Assembly (NCBI GenBank): GCA_965203175.1
Contig: OZ241867.1
Coordinates: forward strand, 6,400,001-6,464,000
Origin: Candidatus Latescibacterota bacterium
GTDB lineage: Bacteria; Latescibacterota; UBA2968; UBA8231
Direction: 5' to 3'
DNA: 64,000 nucleotides
Part shown: one piece after another, positions 48,304-57,404 of the stretch
Layout of the letters: each line of letters starts with the position of its first letter
Position numbering within the stretch: position 1 is the first letter of the stretch
The notes under the pieces: generated by a model
What the model saw: the letters and a program-made list of their open reading frames with translations, nothing else
Told to the model about the DNA's origin: nothing
The model's database searches: none
Made by a program: the position numbers and the translations under genes

Positions 48304-49500
48304 CTATGCGTTTGAGGATTGAAGCGGGCGGTCGGCAATCGGCAGGTGGAGCAGCGCTGCCACCACGCCGAGGGCAATCGCCAACCACCAGACGGGATCG
48401 TACGACCCCGTCGCATCGTAGAGCAGGCCAGCCAGCCAGACGCCCAAGAAACTGCCGGCCTGATGACTGAAAAAGACAATCCCGTACAGCGTTGACAAGT
48501 AGCGCGCCCCGAATATCTGCGCCACAGTCCCGCTGGTCAACGGCACAGTCGCCAGCCACAAGAAGCCAATCAGGCCGCCGAAGAGCAGGGCGGAAAAGCT
48601 GGTCAGGGGGACGAAGAGAAACAAGCCGATGACCACGGCGCGGCTGAAGTAGAGCGCGCTCAACAAATATTTCTTGCGGTAGCGGTCGCCCAGCCAGCCA
48701 AACAAAGACGAGCCGAAGATGTTGCACAGGCCAATCAGCGACAACGCCGTGGCCCCGATCATGCGCGACAGGCCACCGTCGGTGAGGAACGAAGGCAAGT
48801 GCGTGGCAATAAAGGCGACGTGGAAGCCGCAGACAAAGAACCCCGCGTTGAGCAGCCAATAGCCCGAATGGCCCCGCGCTCTGACCAGCGCCTGCAGCAG
48901 CGTGCCCTCGCCGTGCGGCCGAGCCGCGTGCGTGCTGGGCTGGCGCGGAAAGCCAAAGGCCAACAGCACAACCCAGCCAATCAAGGCCGCGCTGACTACA
49001 AAGGACGCTTGCCAACCCGCGTGGACGATCACCCACTGCAACCCAGGCACCAAGGCGAAAGTCCCAAAAGAACCGGCCGCGGTGACGATGCCAAACACCG
49101 TACTTCGGTTTGCCGGATGGACGACGCGGGCAACGGCCCCCAGCACTACCACATACGTCGTGCTGCCGAGCCCCAGTCCGATGATCAGCCCCAGCGTCAG
49201 GTACAAATCGAGCGGGCCGTTGCTAGCCGGCACCAGCAGGCAACCGGCCGCGTAGAGCAGCGCGCCCCCCAGCACGACCCACCGCGCCCCATAGCGGTCG
49301 GCGATTATCCCGAACAAGGGCAGACCGAAGACCACGTTTTGCAGCGCTATGGCTAGGCTGAACACTTCGCGCCCCAAGCTCAAGCTGTCGCTAATCGGCT
49401 GTAGAAAGAGGCCAAACGACTGACGGATCCCCATGCTGGCGAGGACCGTCAACGCACTGAAGAGCACGATGATCGTCGTCTGGCGATTCGCAGCAGCCAT
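48304..49500 (-). CDS. MFS transporter
   Basis: 12-TM pattern; G.RQSFG.F, ADRYG, FFVCGFHV, HQ.GSFLG. Confidence 0.93.
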   Translation of the reverse strand: MAAANRQTTIIVLFSALTVLASMGIRQSFGLFLQPISDSLSLGREVFSLAIALQNVVFGLPLFGIIADRYGARWVVLGGALLYAAGCLLVPASNGPLDLYLTLGLIIGLGLGSTTYVVVLGAVARVVHPANRSTVFGIVTAAGSFGTFALVPGLQWVIVHAGWQASFVVSAALIGWVVLLAFGFPRQPSTHAARPHGEGTLLQALVRARGHSGYWLLNAGFFVCGFHVAFIATHLPSFLTDGGLSRMIGATALSLIGLCNIFGSSLFGWLGDRYRKKYLLSALYFSRAVVIGLFLFVPLTSFSALLFGGLIGFLWLATVPLTSGTVAQIFGARYLSTLYGIVFFSHQAGSFLGVWLAGLLYDATGSYDPVWWLAIALGVVAALLHLPIADRPLQSSNA

Positions 49501-49515
49501 GAAAAGTAGTATAGC

Positions 49516-49537
49516 CCTTGTCGCACTTGGGACAAGG
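49516..49537. promoter_or_regulatory. Inverted repeat CCTTGTC-N8-GACAAGG between divergent MFS and lactonase genes
   Basis: Perfect 7-bp arms in a 77-bp divergent intergenic region. Confidence 0.45.
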
Positions 49538-49577
49538 AACTATGTTTCGGCGCAAAACCTCAAAGGAGTAAACCTCA

Positions 49578-50600
49578 ATGACCTCACAAGCCCAACCCGT
49601 CGTCTTCGTCTCGCTCACCGGCGACGAAGCCATCAAGATCTACGACCTCGACCCCCAATCGGGCGCGCTGGAACTGCGCGCCACCAGTCCGGCGCACGGT
49701 CCGTCGGGCGCGCTCTTTTTGCACCCGTCGCGCCCTGTGCTCTACGACGGCCACGTCGGGGACTCAACCCTCGCCAGCTTCCACCTCGACACCGCATCGG
49801 GTGAGTTGACCCTGATCAACAAGGTGGATACCAGCCTCGACACCCCCGCTCACCTCATTACCGATCCCGCCGGTCGCTTTCTCCTCACCGCTTATTACAC
49901 CGGCGGCGGCGTCACAGTACACCGCTTAGACGACGACGGAGCCATCGGCGACCTCGTCCAGCGCATCGATACGGGCCCCAAGGCACACGCCATCCTGCTG
50001 ACCGAGGACGAGCGCTCTGTCTTTGTGCCCCACGTCTATCCCAACAACAAGACCAGCCAGTTCCGCTTCGACGCCAGCACCGGCCAACTCTCGCCCAACG
50101 ACCCGCCCGTGCTGGCTCCACCGGAAGGAGAACCTGGCCCCCGGCACATCTGCTTCCGTCCGCTCGGCGATGTCGCGTACATCGTCAACGAACAGGGCAA
50201 CACGGTCACCGCCCACCGCTTCGACCCCGAGCGCGGCACCCTCTCCATTTTCCAGGACATCTCGACCCTGCCCGCGGACTATACTGAAGGCGGGCACACC
50301 GCTCACGTCGAAGTCCATCCCAACGGCCAGTGGTGCTACGCATCCAATCGCGGCCACGACAGCATCGTCGGCTATAACATCGATGCCGACGGCGCGCTCA
50401 GCCCGTTTGGACACTATCCGGTGCCGGCCAGCCCGCGCTCGTTCAACATCGACCCGACCGGCACGTACCTGTACGGCGCTGGAGAAGCCGCCGACCGCAT
50501 GACCTGTTACCAAATCGATGCAACCAGCGGCGCACTACAGCCCATTGCGGATTACGAAGTGGGCAGTCAGCCGTTTTGGGTCATGGTGACGATCCTTTAG
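49578..50600 (+). CDS. 6-phosphogluconolactonase-like (7-bladed lactonase)
   Basis: GPRH..F, Y.SNRGHDSI, PRSFNIDP.G. Confidence 0.9.
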   Translation: MTSQAQPVVFVSLTGDEAIKIYDLDPQSGALELRATSPAHGPSGALFLHPSRPVLYDGHVGDSTLASFHLDTASGELTLINKVDTSLDTPAHLITDPAGRFLLTAYYTGGGVTVHRLDDDGAIGDLVQRIDTGPKAHAILLTEDERSVFVPHVYPNNKTSQFRFDASTGQLSPNDPPVLAPPEGEPGPRHICFRPLGDVAYIVNEQGNTVTAHRFDPERGTLSIFQDISTLPADYTEGGHTAHVEVHPNGQWCYASNRGHDSIVGYNIDADGALSPFGHYPVPASPRSFNIDPTGTYLYGAGEAADRMTCYQIDATSGALQPIADYEVGSQPFWVMVTIL

Positions 50601-51853
50601 TCCAACCCAAGCGCTTCGTCGATGTCCTGCTGATAGGCCCGCACGGCTCCGCCCATAATCTCTTCCATGGACAGCGAACGCCCGGCGTGCGCCGACTCAT
50701 AGGCTCCCACAATCGCCGCCACGGCCTGCATCCCGCCGAAACCATCCACTTCGGGTTGGCCGCCGGTAAGGATGGCTTGGGCAAAGTCGTGGTACTCAAT
50801 GGCTAAGTGCCGGGAGTCGATTTCGTAGAAGGATGTTGCGGAAGGATCGTATTCTACGCCGTCGGCACCAAAGAGGCGCTCGGTGATCTCGTCGAGGTGG
50901 AAATCCGGCAGGAGTTTGAGGATCTCACAGCCTTTTAGCTCCTTGCCTTCTAAGCGCAGCACCACGGGCCGACCATTGCGGTCGCCGGGAGAATAGAGCG
51001 CGCCCCAACGGCCGTGGACGCTGCGCTCCCTTCCCCGACCGCCGCGACCCGCCACCAACACGAGCTGCGCCAGCGCACCGGACCGCATCCTGTATAGCGC
51101 GACGACAGAATCCTCGCCCGTGGCCTCTACACTTTCGGGATAGGTCTTGGCCCGCTCGCGGTAGGATTCGAGGGGGTGATCGTCGTACCCTTCTGGCCGG
51201 CGCCGCACCGGCTCGACGATGAAGCCACCGCCGAAGACGTGCGCGTAGTCCCCCATGTAGTATTGGATGATGTCGCCGTAGTGGACGCCCATGTCCAAGC
51301 CAATGGCCCCCTTTTCCTTGAGATGGCGCCAAGGCGTAATGGTTATGCGGTCGCTGCCACCGGCCGACGCCTGTATCATCAAAAAGGGATCCCCGAGTAG
51401 GCCGGACTCGACGATGGCCCGCGCCAAGCGATTGGGCGGGTCGCGGCGGTAGTTTTCGGCTGTGGCCAGCACGGCATTGCCGGTGCGGGCCGCGTCGATC
51501 ATGGCTTGGCAGGCGCGCATGGTAATGCCGAGGGGCTTTTCCACCAGCGCGTGCTTACCGGCCAACAGGGCCGGTACGGCCACCTGGTGGTGCGTTGAGC
51601 CGTCGGTAACCACATCGACAGCTAGGATATCATCGCGCTTGAGCATCGAATCCATATCCGTAAAGATCAGCGGCTCGCGTCCGAACAGCCGCTGCACTTC
51701 GCGGGCGGCGAACTCGGCGTTCGCCCGGTTCACATCGCAGACAGCCACCAATTCGACATTGCCAATGCCGCTGTCTTCTAACACCTTGTAGGCCAAGATG
51801 TGGCGATGGCCCATGCCGCCGCAGCCGACGACGCAAAGCGGTACTTTTTCCAT
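50597..51853 (-). CDS. Gfo/Idh/MocA oxidoreductase
   Basis: VVGCGGMG, GKH.LVEKPL, AENYRRDP, DMGVHY.D. Confidence 0.9.
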   Translation of the reverse strand: MEKVPLCVVGCGGMGHRHILAYKVLEDSGIGNVELVAVCDVNRANAEFAAREVQRLFGREPLIFTDMDSMLKRDDILAVDVVTDGSTHHQVAVPALLAGKHALVEKPLGITMRACQAMIDAARTGNAVLATAENYRRDPPNRLARAIVESGLLGDPFLMIQASAGGSDRITITPWRHLKEKGAIGLDMGVHYGDIIQYYMGDYAHVFGGGFIVEPVRRRPEGYDDHPLESYRERAKTYPESVEATGEDSVVALYRMRSGALAQLVLVAGRGGRGRERSVHGRWGALYSPGDRNGRPVVLRLEGKELKGCEILKLLPDFHLDEITERLFGADGVEYDPSATSFYEIDSRHLAIEYHDFAQAILTGGQPEVDGFGGMQAVAAIVGAYESAHAGRSLSMEEIMGGAVRAYQQDIDEALGLD

Positions 51854-51937
51854 AATAGGGTCTCCTGTTGTGTATGCGGAAACTCGTGCGCGGCTACGGG
51901 CATTGTCAAGGGGAAGGCAAAACGCGAGAGGAATACT

Positions 51938-53896
51938 TTGCTAAAACGTTCTCCACCGATCATAAAGGGATGCACGCCCAAGGCGCTGATCGTCGGGCTG
52001 CTCGGTGCCCTTTGCATGGGCCTCGGCTCGACCTACAACGATATGATCATCAAAGGCTCTGGGCTAGCCGTGTGGAACCTGACCCCTGGGGCGACTTTTC
52101 TCTTTTTTGTGCTAGTCCTCCTCTTAAACCCGCTCTTGCGATTGCTGCATCCGCGCCTGCCCTTGCAACGCGGCGAATTGGCCGTAGCCTTCTTCCTGAT
52201 CCTGCTGGCCAACACCTTGTCGGGCCGCGGCCTGCCCGCGCAACTCCTGCCGGTAATCACTGGGGCCTATTACTACGCCACGCCGGAAAACGGTTGGGCC
52301 GAGATCGTCCAGCCCTACATGCCCGATTGGCCGGTGCCCCAAAGCCGCAACGCCATCTGGGGCTTTTACGAGGGCGACCCAACTGGGGCCGTACCGTGGG
52401 CAATTTGGGCGGCTCCTTTGCTGTACTGGGCCGTGTTTGGCCTAGCCCTCTTTCTGGCCATGGTATGCCTGATGGTGATCGTGCGCCGACAATGGGTAGA
52501 GCACGAGCGCCTAGCCTATCCCATGGTCCAGCTTCCCCTGGCCATGATCGCCGACGACGAACGCGGACGGATCATCAAACCCCTGTTCCGCAGCGGGTTG
52601 ATGTGGATAGGATTTGCCGTCCCCTTTGTGCTAGCCTCGATCAACGCCTTGCACAACTACTTCGTGATCATTCCCACCGTCAGCACTTCGCTTGGCGGCT
52701 TGTCGATGTTCCGCGGCGCGGTGTCGCTGGGCTTGAATCTAAATCTGTCGATGGTCGGCTTCTCCTATTTCATCCCCCAGAACATCGCCTTGGGCTTGGT
52801 CTTTTTTTACATCGTGAATGTAGTGCAGCGCGGGTTGTTGGGAATGCTGGCTTGGGGGGGCAAGGACGAGACCATGGGCGCGTACAGCCAGTACACCGAC
52901 CCGATCATCATCCACCAAGCCATGGGCGGCATGATTGTCTTGGTCTTGGGGTCCTTGTGGGTGGGTCGGCGCCACCTCGGGAACGTGCTGCGCAAAGCTT
53001 TGGGCCGCGCGCCAGAGGTAAAAGACGCCGATGAAATTACCTCCTATGGCGTGGCCGTGTGGGGAGCCGTGGCCAGCTTCCTAGTGATGGGTATCTGGCT
53101 GTGGCAATCCGGCATTCAGCTGCCCTTTGTTCCCCTGCTGCTGTTCGGCGCATTCGTCGGGTTTATGACCATTGCCCGCGTCGTCGCTCAAGGCGGAGTC
53201 GCGTCCATGTTTCCGCCGACCAACGGACCGGACTTCGTCGTCGCCAATGTCGGGGGCACCGTGTTGGGCACTAAGGGCATGGCCGGCATGGCCCTGAGTT
53301 ATGCCTGGAGCGTGGACACCTTGATACTAATGATGAGCGCATGCGCCAATGGCCTGAAGCTCGTCACCGAAATCAGCCTACCCCAGCGCCGCCGCCTATT
53401 CGGGGCCACCGTTGCGGTAATCGTCCTGACGCTGACCTGCGTCGTCTCCTTAACCCTCTATCTAGGCTATCAGTACGGAGCCATTAATTTGTCGCGGTTT
53501 TACTTTGATAACGTCGCGCAATATCCCTATCGGTTCATGGAGAAGAGCATCCTCAATCCATTCGAGCCGCGGCCAAGTACGTGGATGCACATCAGCGTTG
53601 GCGCGGCGATTATGGGCGGGCTGATGGCAGCCCAGCACCGGTTCCTGTGGTGGCCTTTCCACTCGCTCGGATTCCCGATTAGCTGCGTGTTTGGCTCGAT
53701 GTGGTTCAGCGTATTTGTCGCTTGGCTCATCAAGAGTACGGTACTCAAATACGGCGGGCTGACGCTGTTGAACCGCCTCAAGCCCTTCTTTCTAGGGTTG
53801 GTCTTGGGCGAGGCCGTAGCAGCCGGAACTTGGATACTCATCGACTATGTAATCGGCATGCAGAACAATTATCTGGGCGGGATTGTGTTCCAATGA
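51938..53896 (+). CDS. Polytopic membrane protein (DUF6785/DUF6784-like, putative peptide transporter)
   Basis: RRQWVEHERL.YP.VQLP, WWPFH..G.P, LKYGG...KPFFLGL.LGE; TTG start after gagagg. Confidence 0.75.
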   Translation: MLKRSPPIIKGCTPKALIVGLLGALCMGLGSTYNDMIIKGSGLAVWNLTPGATFLFFVLVLLLNPLLRLLHPRLPLQRGELAVAFFLILLANTLSGRGLPAQLLPVITGAYYYATPENGWAEIVQPYMPDWPVPQSRNAIWGFYEGDPTGAVPWAIWAAPLLYWAVFGLALFLAMVCLMVIVRRQWVEHERLAYPMVQLPLAMIADDERGRIIKPLFRSGLMWIGFAVPFVLASINALHNYFVIIPTVSTSLGGLSMFRGAVSLGLNLNLSMVGFSYFIPQNIALGLVFFYIVNVVQRGLLGMLAWGGKDETMGAYSQYTDPIIIHQAMGGMIVLVLGSLWVGRRHLGNVLRKALGRAPEVKDADEITSYGVAVWGAVASFLVMGIWLWQSGIQLPFVPLLLFGAFVGFMTIARVVAQGGVASMFPPTNGPDFVVANVGGTVLGTKGMAGMALSYAWSVDTLILMMSACANGLKLVTEISLPQRRRLFGATVAVIVLTLTCVVSLTLYLGYQYGAINLSRFYFDNVAQYPYRFMEKSILNPFEPRPSTWMHISVGAAIMGGLMAAQHRFLWWPFHSLGFPISCVFGSMWFSVFVAWLIKSTVLKYGGLTLLNRLKPFFLGLVLGEAVAAGTWILIDYVIGMQNNYLGGIVFQ

Positions 53897-53958
53897 GGTG
53901 CGCTTGAACGGCGCTGTCGAAACGGCTATCTTATCCACCCAAACAAAGATCCAACCCC

Positions 53959-54798
53959 ATGATGACACCCGACCAACGCTACTTCTTCGATTTGACCGGC
54001 TACCTCCATTTGCGCAACGTGCTCAGCCCGGAGGAACTCGCGCCCGCCCAGGCGGCAGCCGACCGCTACATCAACATGCCGCCCGAGGAGTGGCCGCCCG
54101 AATTCGGCGCGGATCTCGAGCGCCGCGACATCACCGGCTATCAGCACGGCTTTGCCTTTGACAAAAGCCTCGAAGTGCTCACCCGGCATCCTACTACTTG
54201 GCCGATCCTCATGGAACTCACCAACCGTCGGCCGCGCCTCAACGGAGGCACCCTCGGCTATAACCGCCACGGCCACGGCTTCCACTACCTGCACGCCGGA
54301 TGGCAGCCGTCCAAACAGCCCGATGTGCGGCGCTATTACCTCGAAGACGGTCAGGTGCGCTGCACGGACTTTATCTTCTTTTTTTATTTAAGCGATGTCT
54401 TCCCCGGCGATGGCGGCCTCATCATCTTGCCCGGCTCGCACAAGGCCCACTTTGCCCGGCCCCGAGCGATGTTTTATCCAGGAGCCGAAGACGACGAGGA
54501 CAGGGACTACGTCGCCGACACCGTGCCCCCGGGCGTCCACAATGTCTGTGCCCGCGCTGGCGATGTGGTTATCATGCCCGAGCACCTCATGCACGGCGCG
54601 CTCACTTGGAAGCCTCGCGACCGCGACCGCCGCTTCTTGATCCTGCGCTACAACGTCCAGCACATGCTCACCGGCCAGCGCCGCCCTTTTCCAGACGCCA
54701 TTCGCCAGCGGCTCGACCCTGAGACGATTGACCTGATCGAATTGGCTCCGTACTTCGAATACAAAGACCTCGTCAAAAAGCGCGAAAACATCGACTAA
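53959..54798 (+). CDS. Phytanoyl-CoA dioxygenase family (2OG-Fe(II)) protein
   Basis: YFFDL.GYL.L.NVLS.EE, GG..ILPGSHK, AGDV.I..E.L.HG...W. Confidence 0.88.
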   Translation: MMTPDQRYFFDLTGYLHLRNVLSPEELAPAQAAADRYINMPPEEWPPEFGADLERRDITGYQHGFAFDKSLEVLTRHPTTWPILMELTNRRPRLNGGTLGYNRHGHGFHYLHAGWQPSKQPDVRRYYLEDGQVRCTDFIFFFYLSDVFPGDGGLIILPGSHKAHFARPRAMFYPGAEDDEDRDYVADTVPPGVHNVCARAGDVVIMPEHLMHGALTWKPRDRDRRFLILRYNVQHMLTGQRRPFPDAIRQRLDPETIDLIELAPYFEYKDLVKKRENID

Positions 54799-54803
54799 AT
54801 CCC

Positions 54804-55571
54804 ATGGCATCACAACAAAACAGCGGGCAGCTGAGCTTCCGCGCCCGCGTCCCCGTCTTCGACGCCAACATCGGCGTCGGCCACTGCCACGACCGGCCCT
54901 CGCCGTTTGCCGATGTGACCGGCTTGCGGGCGGAAATGCAGCGCCACGGCGTAGAGCGCGGTTTGATCTACCACCTCCAAGGCGAAACCCTCAGCGCGAT
55001 TGAGGGCAACGAGGCCCTGCGCGCTTGGCTTGGCGACGGATTCGTCCCCCAATGGGTCGCCGGACCGAGTGCGGACTCTTTGGCGCAACTGCGCGCGCTC
55101 CACGCCGCGGGCGAGGTCCGCAGCGTCCGCCTGCACAACACCGAGGCGAGCCGCGTCCCCTTTGCCGACTGGATCTACGGCGAGTTGCTCGCCTGGCTGG
55201 CGGCCGAGCGCATCCCCCTGTGGGTCTCGCTGGCCGATACCCCGGTCGCCGAAGTCATGGAGACCTTGCGCCGCTTCCCAGATTTACAAGCAGTACTCCT
55301 CGGCGCACACTACGTGCATTCCCTCGCCTTGCGCCCTCTGCTCAGGGTACTGCCCCAAGCGGCGATGGAGCTGAGCCGCTTTGAGAATATAGGCGGCATC
55401 GAATCCCTGATCGGCGAATTTGGCGTGGAGCGCTTCCTCTATGGGTCGTACTACCCGCGCTACGCCATGGGGCCGATGCTCTTTTACCTGCACCACTTGG
55501 CCATTGACGACGCCGCACTTGCGGCTTTGACCGCGGGCAATCTAGAGCGCATTCTCGGAGGAACCGCATGA
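54804..55571 (+). CDS. Amidohydrolase_2-fold protein (degenerate metal site)
   Basis: FDAN..VG in place of DxHxH; R.LYGS..P; GNLER.L. Confidence 0.75.
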   Translation: MASQQNSGQLSFRARVPVFDANIGVGHCHDRPSPFADVTGLRAEMQRHGVERGLIYHLQGETLSAIEGNEALRAWLGDGFVPQWVAGPSADSLAQLRALHAAGEVRSVRLHNTEASRVPFADWIYGELLAWLAAERIPLWVSLADTPVAEVMETLRRFPDLQAVLLGAHYVHSLALRPLLRVLPQAAMELSRFENIGGIESLIGEFGVERFLYGSYYPRYAMGPMLFYLHHLAIDDAALAALTAGNLERILGGTA

Positions 55572-56302
55572 TTATCGACTTTCACGGCCACGTGGGCCGC
55601 TGGGACTCCCTCGACATGGTCGATGACCCGGTCGAGATGCTGCGCGCCATGGATGCGGTGGGGATCGACAAAAGCTGCGTCTTCAACATCTTCCATCCCG
55701 AGGGCAAACCCGGCAACGACCAGACCGCGGCTTTTGTCGCCCGTCACCCCGACCGCTTCATTGGCTTTGCCTATGTGTGCCCTACCTGCCCCGACACCGT
55801 GCGGCCCGAGTTGGAAAGGGCCATCGACGAACTCGGGTTCCGGGCGATCAAAATCTACCCCCCCTATACGCCCTTTCCGCTCGACGACTCGGCTTGGGAT
55901 CCAATCTACGGCTTTGCCGCTGAGCGCGGCCTCGCAATCATAGCACACACAGGCGGCGAGCCAACGGCCGCTCCCGCTCAGTTTGGCCGCGCAGCCGAGC
56001 GCTTCCCCAACGCCCGCTTCGTCGCCGGCCACTCCGGCAACATCGAGCCGTATCGCAGCCAAGCCATTGACGCGGCTCAGCGCTTGCCCAACTACTTCCT
56101 CGAAACCTGTTCGACCTTCCGCACCCCAGGCGTCATCGAAGAGCTGGTGGCCAAGGCCGGGGCCGACCGCGTGCTCTTCGGCTCGGATATGCCCTTGATG
56201 GATCCCCGCCCCCAGCTCGGCAAGATCATCACCGCGGCCATTGACGACGACGCCAAGCGCCTCGTCCTCGGCGAGAACGCCCGGGGCCTACTCGGACTGT
56301 AA
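55568..56302 (+). CDS. Amidohydrolase_2 family protein
   Basis: IIDFHGH, IKIYP, HTG, GHSG, RVLFGSD.P, LGENA..L. Confidence 0.9.
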   Translation: MIIDFHGHVGRWDSLDMVDDPVEMLRAMDAVGIDKSCVFNIFHPEGKPGNDQTAAFVARHPDRFIGFAYVCPTCPDTVRPELERAIDELGFRAIKIYPPYTPFPLDDSAWDPIYGFAAERGLAIIAHTGGEPTAAPAQFGRAAERFPNARFVAGHSGNIEPYRSQAIDAAQRLPNYFLETCSTFRTPGVIEELVAKAGADRVLFGSDMPLMDPRPQLGKIITAAIDDDAKRLVLGENARGLLGL

Positions 56303-56306
56303 GACG

Positions 56307-56346
56307 CAAAAAGCCCGCCTGCCACAAGGGCAAGCGGGCTTTCTTT
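56307..56346. terminator. Bidirectional intrinsic terminator
   Basis: aaagcccgcctgcc-acaag-ggcaagcgggcttt stem with A/T tails, between convergent genes. Confidence 0.85.
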
Positions 56347-56368
56347 GCAAAGGGTGTGGAACCGGGTA

Positions 56369-57307
56369 TTACTGCTGATACTGGTACTTAATCCGGCCCC
56401 AACTCTGCGCCTCGACCGCCGTCCCAGTCGGCTCGCCCCAATCAATGGTGTCGTCCATGGGGGAGATGAGCAGGTCCTGCGAAGAGTGACAACAGTGCGT
56501 CGGGGTCGTCGCCCACATGCCGACGCGATTGTCGGCATCGCCGGCGCTGTCGTCCACATCGCTGACGAAAATCGAAAAGCCGATCACCTCGCCCGCGGTC
56601 AGGTCGTGCTCAATCACCTGATCGTCCGTGATGTTCTCCTCGGTGGGCTTGGGATACGAATCAATGGCGATCGTGCGGAACTCGTAGATGTACGTGCTCT
56701 CGCCGTACTCCTCGCCCTCAAAGCTATAGGTGCAGTAGTACCAACGGCTGCCGTTGGACAACAGCGTCGGATTCTCGACGTCGGCGCTACTGACCGCAGC
56801 CGTTTGCAGGGCCGGGCCGAAATTGCCATTGAGCGGCGGGAACGCGAATGAGTACTTGTGGTGCGTCACCACGTCTTCGGGCTTGGGCAAGTAGTCGTGC
56901 CGCGGGTTGAACTCGATCTCAATGCTGTCGTCCCACCAATAGGAACCTAAGTCCTGGCGGGTGATCGTGTGCTTGTTGTCAAACACTTTCGTCGTCACGT
57001 ACAGCTCGTTGCGCGAATCGTTCCAACCCAAGATGTGGCGGATCTGCATCGAAGCCGGATCCATGCCACCGCGCGGCACGTCGTCGCCAGCAAAGCCGTG
57101 CACCGAAAAGAGCTTTGAACTGGGAATGGCGTACACCTCGAGCGGCACAGCCGACCAATCATCGTCAAATCCGTCGATGTTAGGCACATGCGTATCGGGG
57201 AACTGCACGGCGAGGAAGACCTCGCCCGGGGGCTCGTGGGCCCCGGCGGCTAGCGCAAAAGCCAATAGGGCGATTGCGGTCAGGCCACAGGTAAAAAGAC
57301 GCTTCAT
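56369..57307 (-). CDS. Secreted CBM9/DOMON-like protein with TAVE..SWG.IK C-terminal tag
   Basis: Signal peptide; P.IDG..DDW, GWND....LY, D.IEI, YEF, IGF.I.V.D.D; ends TAVEAQSWGRIKYQYQQ; strong RBS aaggaggt. Confidence 0.75.
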   Translation of the reverse strand: MKRLFTCGLTAIALLAFALAAGAHEPPGEVFLAVQFPDTHVPNIDGFDDDWSAVPLEVYAIPSSKLFSVHGFAGDDVPRGGMDPASMQIRHILGWNDSRNELYVTTKVFDNKHTITRQDLGSYWWDDSIEIEFNPRHDYLPKPEDVVTHHKYSFAFPPLNGNFGPALQTAAVSSADVENPTLLSNGSRWYYCTYSFEGEEYGESTYIYEFRTIAIDSYPKPTEENITDDQVIEHDLTAGEVIGFSIFVSDVDDSAGDADNRVGMWATTPTHCCHSSQDLLISPMDDTIDWGEPTGTAVEAQSWGRIKYQYQQ

Positions 57308-57404
57308 AGCTACCTCCTTAAGGGTAGGTGGACGATAAACGACTAAATCGTAAATGAACGACTGAACTGCTTAATTTAGTCAAATGACCCGTCAAATACA
57401 ACTA

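Noticed and set aside
57308-57404. Structured RNA leader (GACTAAAT/ATTTAGTC arms; CTACC/GGTAG pairing over the RBS)
   Set aside because: The stems are short and match no riboswitch I recognise; this cannot be supported without covariation data.
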